This document shows, one piece after another, positions 53,394 to 64,000 of a stretch of 64,000 nucleotides of DNA. Below the pieces are notes generated by a model. That model did not search any database. It worked only from the letters and a program-made list of their open reading frames with translations, and was not told the DNA's origin. Each line of letters opens with the position of its first letter. The first letter of the stretch is position 1. Source of the DNA: Octopus vulgaris. Lineage: Eukaryota. The translations under genes and the position numbers were made by a program. Location: assembly GCA_951406725.2 (NCBI GenBank), contig OX597814.1, forward strand, positions 45,880,001 through 45,944,000. The letters are read 5' to 3'.

Positions 53394-55157
53394 CTGATGA
53401 AAGAGTAAGCAGCATTAAAAAAAAGCAAAAACATTAACCCTTGTCATTAAAGCAAGAATCAAAAAAATGTAATTTATACAAATTGATATTAAAAATGTGT
53501 ACATTTTAAACAACACTTGGAAAAATAAAGTGCAGTTGACTTTGTGATTTTTAACCAAAATTTACTCAACTGAAATTTTGTCAAAAATGAAACTAATGAC
53601 TATATATTCCTGGAGAGAGAATAATTCTATTTACAATAAACATTAATAAAGTGGAATGTTAGGGTGGTGACCAGTTGACAGAGAAACAAAGTTCTTATTT
53701 AGTCAAGTTTTGACATTTTGAGTTCAAATTACAAAGACTGTAACTTTATTATTCTTTTCACAATTGATAAAATAATGAAATTCTGGGGTTGATTAAATCA
53801 ATAATCTTCCCTCAAAGTTAGAAATCAGTAACAATGTGGAAAGCATTTTACCAAAAGTAAATATCACTGAATTATGACATGCTGAATTATGACATGCTTA
53901 TAAAATAATGATAGTTGATTCAAATGCAAGTAGTAGCTGAAAATTCAAATTATTAATCTTCATTGTCAGAGCTTAATTTTTTGGAGACAAAAATCCCTAA
54001 ATGGCAGCATTTTAATGAGATGCAAAAAGAATGTTTTTATGTAAAAAGGAGTCAAATCTCAAAACATAAGATGTATTAAAAAATGTTTCATCTCTAAAGA
54101 TGATGTTAATAATTTGAAGAATTAAAATCTTATTAGCAACAACTTATCTGAGACACTTAATGAAAAACCTGATGTGCCTTTTTCTGAAGTGGTATGGACT
54201 ACAGAAAAGACAGTATTCATCTCTAGCATCAATACTACTAGTCACATTTCTTTGTAGTTGTGCACAAGTTTACTGGCTAAAGAGTTTGCCTTTTGTCTGC
54301 GGTATATTTGTGGCAACAAATAACTCCGTAAATGAGTGAAACAAGGATTTCTCCCAAGAAAAAACTGTAACCAACAATGCTAGTGCTCACCAATCTAGAC
54401 ATAAACTGAATGTCTGATTAATCTCCCTAATTGTAAATGAGCATTTTGAGGTGCTTCATTGTATATCAATGGGCAATATACAAATTGTCAACATTGTTTA
54501 AAGGTTGACTTTTCCATACATGTGCATGGATCAGACAGAACTTTGGTGAAGCAGGTTTTCTATGGCCAAATACCCTTCCTGTTGCGAAATCTCATGTTTT
54601 CAAGCAAAGTAATATTTCCTCATGGCCAAACATGTTTTTCACAGAAGATTGGAAACAAATGACACTTGTTTTACAATCATTATGTAATGTCAGGACATGG
54701 ATAGATACACACAGACTTCTTTCAGTTTCTGCCTACCAAATTCATCCAAAAGGTGGATTTGGTAGAAGGAAAACTAGTTAACCACAAAGCCATGGCTGCA
54801 CCTATCTAAGTTTAAATAACTGCAGAAGCAATACCAGACCATTGAAAAAAGTAACTATGACTGCTTAATGCAAAAGACCCAAGAGCTAAACACAGGCCTT
54901 ATGAACTCTTACAACAATGAAAGAATATCTTCATTGTAAGTTTTGCAACAAGATATTGATGACAGGATGTGAAGGATTCTTTTTTTATTTTTAAAAAATT
55001 TCTTTTCAAATGTTATTAACAACTTTTTATTACATAGTACTGTATTGGGATTAATTCTTTTTTTCATAAGAAAGAAATCAGATTTGGTCAGAGAAGGATG
55101 GTCTCTGCTATGTTGAAAGTGCAAGGAATAACATTATCCTTCAAAAAGTAGCATCAA

Positions 55158-55193
<36 letters not shown>

Positions 55194-55655
55194 TCAGTTG
55201 ATGCTCACTGTTAAACAGAAAAAAATTAAAAAAAGACCATGCATTCAAAATTTGGACTGCCACTTGCTCAGCCCTGATTGAGTAGACATTCCATCTTGTC
55301 TCCCCACCATTAAAGCATAGTGCATCCTAGACAATTTAGGTATCACTTATTAAAAAAAAAGCAGACAAGATACGATGAGGCAAATTTGGTTGCTATTTCT
55401 AGCAAAATGAACAACCACATAAAGAATATGTTTTGACACCATATTCAAAATAATCATCTCAGATGTAAGAAAAGAATATTGAAATATTTACAAAACACAA
55501 ACAATTCTAGTTTAGAAAAAAAAAACAAAAAAAAACAAATAGAAAAAAAAAACTGCTGGACCACACAACTTCAAATAACATTCTAGCTGAAATTAACTTG
55601 TAATGTTTAAAATAGGTGAGCAAAATAAATGCTGTGAAGAAATTCTAAAGATACA

Positions 55656-57066
55656 GCATGTGTGGTATAACTATAGATGACTTTGTTGCTTCATAACTTC
55701 CAGAAAAATGGATACACTTCAATGAAACTTGAACAAATAATTGCTTAGACCCTATAGATTGAGTGTATGCAAATATTTGTTGGAAAAAATTTTTCTGAGG
55801 GGTTGGGTAGAGGAGCTTCAGAAAATTCAGACAACCCAACATTTTCCCCCCTCATAACTTTCAGGAAAATGGGTATTTCTTGATAAAATTTTATACAAAT
55901 ACAGTGCAGATTATGATTACAAAGAAATTTGTTGGCAAAAGATTTTTTGGAAGGAGGCAGAGTTTCAGATCAGATGGCCCAAGTTGGAATGAAAAAAAAA
56001 ATTTGAAAATTTATGATTTTTCCCCACTCCTGTCCAGACCGATTTTAGCCAATTTTTTTTTTCACTATACACTTAAATTTTTGGTTAAAAAGAAATTTAA
56101 TAATTTCAGAGGAAAATGTGTGATTTAAGGGAGATCTGGCTGTTGTTTCTAGCACATCCAAAAGCTGATGTTTTCATGCGAGGCCGTGTATGTGTGTAAG
56201 AAAAAAAAATTTTTTCTAACAGAAAATTATACTATCAAAATAAACAATCTTTTCTATCACTTATTAACATCACTGGATAAATACCAGCAATAATTTTCTC
56301 AGGCTCTCCAATATTTTAGAATTATATAAACAGAAACAATTGGTGACAGTGAGTGGGGCTAAAAAAATCATTGCATATTTTTGAGAGAGAAAAAAACGAG
56401 GGTGGTTTTGCGATGTGCTAGAAACAACAGTCAAATTTCCCTTAAATTCCACACCTCTGAAAAGATAAATTGTTTTGTTTTTTTTTAACCGAAAAGGTTT
56501 CTCCCGTGTTTTTTAAGTGCTAAGTGGAGGGGGAAGGCCCAAATCGGTTCGGACAAATCGGTGAGTGAAAAAAAAAATCAAAAAATTTTTTTTTTCTTTT
56601 TTCGTAAAAAGATGCTTCCCATCATTCCGAAGACTGTGCTGAAAAAGAATTGGGAAAAAAATCCCCGTCAAAACGGAGAAATTCCAACTTATGTGGGTCG
56701 TCTGATCCGAAACTCCGTTTGCCAGAAACTCCTCCCTCAGCCCTCCACTTCCAAAATATTTTGCCTACAAATGTCTTTGTAATCATAAACTACAGCGTTT
56801 GAAAGATATTTGTATAAAATTTTATTAAAAAGTACCCATTTTCCTGAAAGTTACGAGGGGGGGGGGAAATGTGTCGTGTGAATTTTCCGAAACTCCTCTC
56901 CCCAAACTCTCGGAATTTTTTTACCCCAATAAATCTTTAAATACACTCAATCAACAGGATCCAAGCGATTATTTGTTGGAAGTTTCATTAAAAAGTATCC
57001 ATTTTTCTGCAAATTACGAGGCAACAAACTCGGTGGAGTATACATCTGTAGTTATGCCGCGTGCGC
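55656..57066. repeat. Long imperfect inverted repeat (arms ~55656-56165 and ~56405-57066)
   Basis: For example ctcataactttcaggaaaatgggta versus tacccattttcctgaaagttacgag, and gctgttgtttctagcacatc versus gatgtgctagaaacaacagt. Confidence 0.85.
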
Positions 57067-57206
57067 AAGGATTTCTAACAGAAATATATTCTATCTGCAA
57101 AGACATCTAACATCCTGTTACACGTATCATTGGTAGAGAGTGATTAGGTGGGGGAAGGAAAGGAAATTGTGAGGTTAAATGCAATTTAATAGGAATTTTA
57201 TACCAG

Positions 57207-57340
57207 TTGCTGATTTCTATAAAATATACCCCTCAAACAATCCTCCGATGCTTTACAAAAGTAAAATAACTAAGTTGGTTTACTGTATGAAAAAAGTTTC
57301 AGTCAAATACTTTGTTCCGGAGAATGAAATATTTCTAAAG
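57207..57340 (+). CDS. Candidate exon (ADFYKIYPSNNPPMLYKSKITKLVYCMKKVSVKYFVPENEIFLK)
   Basis: Acceptor aattttataccag|, consensus donor AAG|gtaagt; 134 nt open, phase 1 to 0; antisense to the KMT2E-like gene. Confidence 0.35.
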
Positions 57341-57428
57341 GTAAGTTTTATTTGTATACTCATAAATACAATTTTTATCGAGACATCATTATAGGTTCTT
57401 TTGTATTCTATTATTACTGAGCGTGTAC

Positions 57429-57485
<57 letters not shown>

Positions 57486-58163
57486 AGACAGAAAGACAGA
57501 GAGAAAGAGGGAGAGATAACAACACGTGGCTGAAAAATACCTAGCACAAACTTCAATAACGCGATAGCGTGCCAGCGGTACTCTACGTAGTCGCTCGAGC
57601 TGCCAAATGCAGATCTCCCTCTCAAATCACATATTAACGTCTTAAGAAAAGGACTTATTGGATAACGTAGTTTAAAATACATTATGACGGATTCAAAGAC
57701 GATGTGATCATGATTGGAATACCTTTGGTTACCCAGACCTCGGGCGAAACAACGTGATCGAAGCAATACGTAAATGGACACTTAAGGGAGCTCGTACCAA
57801 TTACAACTAGAATGACAGAAACCAGGTAATGTAAGAGGCAATTTATTTCTTTTTAAAGGAATTCCGTGTCTACACGAACATAGATTGATTTTGTTTTCCA
57901 TTCTGGCTTCTAACCACCACCCCACACATGCGAATCAATCGTTGAAAATGACATGATGTAATTATTTTCACCATCTTCCTTAAGACACAGGGGAACATTT
58001 TCTGAAGTTTCACGAAAACTGAAAATGTACCCACTTTATATTTCATTTCCAAAAGTGTCTGAAGACGATTCATAGATTTGTTTGTTTTTTTTTTTTTTTT
58101 GAGAACTACCCTAAGATTGTGGGGGCCCCAATTTTTGTTTTAATACACACGCACACACACACA

Positions 58164-58216
<53 letters not shown>

Positions 58217-59760
58217 GTATGTATATTGATTGAATAATGATTGTCAAGCGTTTGTGTAAACTTCAACCCCCATCCCCGTAACAATCAGAAAAAGTACACG
58301 TGATCGCCGTTGGTAACGATGACCGAAAAGTTACATGGAGAAATAAAGAGCGCAAGGGACATAACTGATATCAAAAGCGATCAAAATTCAGACAAATCTG
58401 CCAAGAAATATGAAAATGTTTACTGAGAAATATAACAGCTGGGCGGCAATAACCGTTATGCCACCAACCCTGTTTTTTTATACTGCATGTCACTAACCAA
58501 CCACGTGCATGTATCTACATATAGAAAAGGTCAAGTGTGCGTATCAGCTACTGCAAAATTTGTGATCTAGTTCACTACTAACGTTTGTTTATATTTAAAA
58601 GAAAGGTGTGACTGCAAAAGCAAATGGTATGACTGATTATTTTTCATAGTAGGTATTAATTATCTAGAAAAATATGTGAAGATAAATTTTCATTTTCCAA
58701 CAAAGCTTTTTTTCTAGTATTCGCCCGACTTACTGGAAGTAGTAGTCTTAACCACCCCTCCCACCCTTTCTACATACACTAATCTTTGAGCAGAAAATAA
58801 TAATCACGGATCTGCTGGATCAAGACTGAGTTTGGGCTATACAAGTACAAAGAGAAAGAAAAAGGGCAGGGAATTGGGTAGATCCCACTATTTAAAAAAA
58901 AAAGTATTCTTAACGGAAATTATGATTCTGAAAATACTTTTTACATTTTTGTTTCCTAACTTCGTGCCCTTTTCCTTTCACCAATAAATGCTTTGTGCCG
59001 ATTCATATATTTATGACGGAAAAATCGGATCTTGTGAATTTTCCGAAAGTCCCCTCCCCACCCCTAGGGGTCGTCAGCGCCCATTTTTTTTGTTCATATT
59101 CATTTTCTACACACTTGTTAACACCCCGGGGTTGGTTAATTTCCTATTTTCTTTTTTCCGGGTGAAGGTCTTTATATTGACCTCAAAAACTTTATGCGAG
59201 TTTCCCATTTCCATGCGAATGATTTAAACCGCAAAACTAGAAATGATAACAGTTAATATAAATGTATATAAAATGACAATCGTTAGTAGAGTTTAAAAAA
59301 TCGGTTTATTTATTTAATTGCAAGCACAATTTTAGCTATTTAAGCTAAAATACAGTCTTTTATTTTGCAACTTCGATTGACGAGATGTGCATTTAAGCTT
59401 TTTTATGAAACATTTTAAATAATTAGGTCTATAGCAAACATCAAAACAGTGCTATAAATACCGATTTATTTCCGACAAATAAGTTTAAGCAATGAGTAGT
59501 CCTATACATAGGGACTGATTTTTGTCACTTTCTTTGAAATTGCTACTTTGGAGAGAAAGATTGTTGTGAAGTTCGATTCGAAACTGGACTCCACACTGCA
59601 CAACACACTGGGTGTTATCACAGTTTCATGTCGACAAAAATCTCGAGTTGCTCAACAGTAACTGTACGGAAGATCGCTGCCTGATTGATCCCAACATCCC
59701 CTGCCAACCCCGGAGGGCTAAGAGTACAGCGTTTCCTTCATTCACTAACTCATGTAAGGA

Positions 59761-60510
59761 GTGCGGGCTAAAGGATATGGACCACACCCCACTTTCGGTC
59801 CTTTTCTACAGAAACCCACTTTTTCGACTGCGGGGATAACGAGTCTGCAAAAAAAAAAAAAAATCCGCATTTCAAAATTTTACCCCCCCCCCCCCATTTT
59901 TCACTTTTAGAATTTTTTGGGGGGGCAAAATACTTAGAAAAGTATGGAGATTATGATTATGAAAAAAAAAGTTGTAAAATTTCAATTAAAAAAAAAACAC
60001 ATCGTTCCCCTCCTACTAAAATAGCAGACAAAAAAAGTATCTGAACAGAAAACTCGACATGGTAGAAACAGCAGCTAAACGACAAATCACGTTTTCAAAA
60101 TTTTAATTTCCCCCATCCCCAATTTTTCTTTGCCAGTGGGGTGGAGAGGAGGACAATTCATTTTGTTGCCGTGTGCGTGTGTACCAAAAAAAATTCTTAC
60201 ATACTCCAAAAGACCCTCGCCTACATGTTCACTTTCACAGATGCCCTGACGGCGGGGAGCGGTGTTTATTTATTTTTTGGAAATTGAAATTTTACAAATT
60301 TTTTTTTTCAGAATCACAATCTCCTTATATTGCTACATATTTCGCAAGCAAAAAAAAAAAAAAAAAAAAAAAGTGAAAAATTAGGTGGTTGTGGTGGTGG
60401 TGGGGTGAAAATTAAAATTTTGAAAATGCAGTATTGTTTTTGCAGATTCGGACTCCCCATTGTCAAAAAAAGCGGATGCGGTCCATGTCCTTACCTCCGC
60501 CCTAGGGTGC
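59761..60510. repeat. Second imperfect inverted repeat (arms ~59761-60013 and ~60250-60510)
   Basis: For example ttgtaaaatttcaatt versus aattgaaattttacaa, cgagtctgcaaaaa versus tttttgcagattcg, and aaggatatggacc versus ggtccatgtcctt. Confidence 0.8.
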
Positions 60511-60829
60511 TTAAATGAATATTAATTCAGCCTCAGTACTTGACTGGTAATTATTTTATCGACACAGGGATAAAGAAAAGTAAAGAACTAAATTACTGTA
60601 GGCATTTTCTCTGACACTCCCAATATTCCACCATATATTTAATAAACGGTAAATGCGAGGAGTGTATAAAAACAGTAAAGGTTACGCGAAATACCGAATG
60701 CTCTTAAATACCGCAGCCTCAATACACAGACAGGATGATGTCGAGATTCACACACACAATATTAAATATTTATGGAAATAGCATGACAATAAAATTGAAA
60801 ACAATGTGGTACTCGAGATTCAGTTGTAC

Positions 60830-60894
60830 ATTATCGAACTTCCGTGACCGGGAAATTAATCTGTCTTTTTTCCTCACCTTTCGTAAATGTAAGT
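60830..60894 (+). promoter_or_regulatory. Candidate TCT/5'TOP-type core promoter and short first exon
   Basis: DRE-like TATCGA, ETS-like ACTTCCG and CCGGGAA, pyrimidine initiator tCTTTTTTCCTC at 60865, then donor AAT|gtaagt at 60889; lies in a CpG-retaining region. Confidence 0.4.
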
Positions 60895-62214
60895 AAATTT
60901 CTGAGCTATCGTTTTGGTATTTATTTCTCGTGTCCTCGAAATAACTCCGGGCGTCTCTATTTTTACCTTACAAGCAAATGTCTTGTTTTATAAATATAAT
61001 CGTACAGTATGCCATTTGCGTTTGCATCTGCACTAAATTAATGTGCGTGTGTGTGTGTATGCATGCATGCATGCTCACACGCACATTCTCGTTGTTCGGG
61101 ATGTTGAGAGAATATTGAATCTTATAACGCATCAAAACAACTTTTGATGAACGAAAAATGAATGTTGGAATTGTTCAATATTAAATAGGTAATAATGGGT
61201 TTCGATATTTTGTTTGTAATGCATACTCTATTTAGAAACAAACATGTTTGTATGTATATATGCACAAGCAATAAACACAAAACAGATTTTGTCGTGTTCC
61301 TGGACAAAAAAAAAAAAAAAAAAATTTTCAATCACTTTTATATTATAAACAGCAGTGAAAAATAACGAATATGAAAACAAAAGCATGGGAATAAATGAAT
61401 ATAAATTAGCGTAGTACCCTGATGAACACGAAAGAATTCTCTGAAAAACATATTCCATTTATACCCCGGTCATTTAAAAAAAAAAGTCCCCTACAAGGTA
61501 ATAATTTGATTTAATATTTTTATGTGGGCATTGTGAAATAACAATTGAATACAAAAAGTTTCACTCCTTTCTTTTTTAATAAGTGATCCATTTAGTTTTG
61601 CTGAAAGATAAAGCCTGCAATACTGCTTAAAGCAGAGAATCGTTTGTTTACAAATAATTGTTTCAAATGTTGGCACATGGTCAACAATTTTAGGAGTGGA
61701 CGTTAGTCGATCACGTCGACCCCAGGGCTCAACTGGTACTTATTTTATAGATTCCGAAAGGATTAAAGGCAAAGTCGACCTCGGCAAAATTTGAACTTGA
61801 ATGTAAAAAGTCAGATTTTGCTCGATCCACTAACGATTTTGCCGCCTTAATGTTTACAAATAATAATTCCATTTTCTATCCAAAATTGGACAATATATTT
61901 AGTTACGCCCCTTTAATTGTAGGTAAAAGTAGCCGATGATTGACTTCGCTTTTCGAAGCCTCTGGGTTAAGAACTGGGGAAATTTAATCAGCTGTTCCTT
62001 CTCTCAAAATATATGGTCTCGTCTTTATAATAGAAATAATAATTATTATTCTAAGCTCTTGTACTTTGCTCTGTATCCAAACAAGGCAGTTAAGCAGACG
62101 ACTGATACCATTCTTTATGGTCTGTCTCTCAAGTAGTTCGTGTGCAACTGCTAAAAATGCTGCCTACAACACCTGAAGAAAGTTACCTACCATTGCAACA
62201 ATTTGGAAAATTCA

Positions 62215-62430
62215 TATGGACCAATTATACTAGTCAACAAGAGTATGATAGATATAGCAATTATGGATATGAAGGCAGGAGAAAGCTTATGGCTCAATAG
62301 AAATCATTGTTGAGATACTTAAAAGATCTGGTAGAATAAGATTTGGCCTAGTTAACCAGGTTGTACAGGAATGTGTTATACATAACGACTGGTGTAGCAG
62401 CATTATAGTCAGCTACTACTAGATATAAAT
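62215..62430 (+). mobile_element. RTE-type RT relic
   Basis: AIMDMKAG...EILKRSG...VVQECVIHNDWCSSIIV resembles the RTE KAxGxxxIxxEMLK...PxDWxxSxIV region. Confidence 0.55.
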
Positions 62431-64000
62431 AGAATTACAAACTTGGTCCTAGCCAGCAGGAAATAGATAGGACATGACTCCTGTCAGGTAAATAGCCCTG
62501 ATTCATACGTAGGAAAGTTGCAAGCAGGAATTCCATATAGTGTGCCCAGTGCAAGCTTAGACACACGAGGTGCATTGGAATCACAAGAAGGTAACAGAGA
62601 AAGTAACCTTTGTATGTAAACGTGCTCAAGCAATAAACACTAAGGTCACATGGAAAATAGATTTTCTCAAATATCCTTAGACCCATTTCTTTTTCAAATC
62701 CATCCCTCATTCTCAATATTATTCCTTCCCACTTTATTTTTACTGATTACCCTTTCTGAGCCTGATCACCCATCACTCCCTCTACTTGAAGCTACATCTT
62801 AGGGCTACCATGCTCTCTCTTAACTATCACCCATCATCCTTTCATATCTACCATTGGTGGCCTCTCTCCACCTCCATTTCCATTCACTATAACCACTCCT
62901 ATGTACCTCTGACACTGTACATATTCCACCACCTCCACATTCCACTTCAACTCTATTTTCCTCCACCCATCCTGTACTGCCATTTCTTTCATCTTCATCA
63001 CACCTTATAATATTTATCACCAACTACTCCTCCGTCTCTACACCCATCTCTAACTTGTCACTTCCTGATTCTGCGTCCATATTCTCTCATTTTGTATCTT
63101 GAGAATATGTTCTGACACCTGGCCACCACCACCATCTTCTTTCCAGCTATTCACACCCACTCGTAATATAATGCAAGGTAGCTATGTATCTCCTATATAT
63201 CAAGACATGTATGCCGGTCCCTCTATAATATTTTACCCTCTCAACACCTGGCATTAAATCATTTTCTTTACTCCAACCTTTTGTTGTCTCGAGTTATTTG
63301 GCAACTTCAAAAATGTTGGTACCATAGAAAAAAAGCACCCTATAAAGTGGTGTATTAAGGGCATCCAGTCAAGGAAATTATGCCATAATAGACATTGGAG
63401 TTTAATGAAATCCTCTGGCTTGTTGGATCCTTTCAAACTGTCTAACTATGCTAACATGGAAGATGAACATTAAATGATGATGAGTACACATTATTAAAAA
63501 TATGTTTTAAAATTTTTTAAGAGCAAGGGACTATGTATATTTATTATGTTAGTGGCTGCTCTTAATGTGTCATCATTATCATCATTTTATTGTCTACTTT
63601 TCCATGCTTACATGGGTCAGACGAAACTAAATCAGAGCAGAAATTTTTTCACAGCTGGATGCTTTTTCTGAAAACCCTCAACAACTAATTTCTAACCAAG
63701 ATAATATCGAACAACATAACACAAACATGATTATACAGAGAAATGAAAACAAATGACATTTTTAAATGCACCTTTTGTTTATAATCAGCAAACATACAAG
63801 ATGAAAGGAAATATGAATCCATGTATACACACACCACACACAGATTTCTTTCATCAAATCCACTCACAAAGCTTTGATCAGCCCAGTAGAAACCAGCTAT
63901 CCAAGGTGCCATGCAGTGGGGCTGAACCTGAAACCATATGGTTAGGAAGTAAACTTACTAACCACAAAGCCATGCCTGCACTTAGTCCGTAACATTTATG

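Noticed and set aside
61412-61445. CTGATGA-acac-GAAA-gaattc-TC hammerhead-like string
   Set aside because: No stem II closing pair and no stem I complement.
62700-63250. C-rich tract as an editing-complementary sequence for the Pro-rich exons
   Set aside because: Only low-complexity similarity, and it looks like part of a dispersed repeat.

Overview
AT-rich, repeat-dense eukaryotic DNA. The SINE, MITE and microsatellite landscape looks like a coleoid cephalopod (Octopus-type); this taxon call is inference. The one well-supported host gene is on the minus strand. It comprises five phase-compatible exons (53393-53201, 52233-52120, 50715-50605, 46885-46319, 44812-44160) encoding about 545 aa, from a VSLLEYRKR motif to a very Pro/Gln-rich C-terminus, which fits the 3' part of a KMT2E(MLL5)/SETD5/UpSET-like gene. 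No SET or PHD exons are visible in the window. The rest is mostly transposon debris: a young CR1-type RT ORF, L2 and RTE LINE relics, Penelope GIY-YIG fragments, DD36E Tc1, DD37D maT and mariner elements, piggyBac- and hAT-type MITEs, a Helitron end and several SINE families. Most interesting signals: (1) minimal hammerhead-ribozyme motifs attached to Penelope-like elements; (2) a long inverted repeat whose two arms record a sharp CpG-decay (methylation) boundary at about 56.2 kb; (3) a CpG-retaining island (about 56.2-62 kb) with a TCT/5'TOP-like plus-strand promoter directly upstream of the KMT2E-like exons; (4) a spliced antisense ORF bracketed by an exact 20-bp direct repeat; (5) scattered exon-like segments of an unidentified plus-strand gene or pseudogene. 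All counts and alignments were done by eye.
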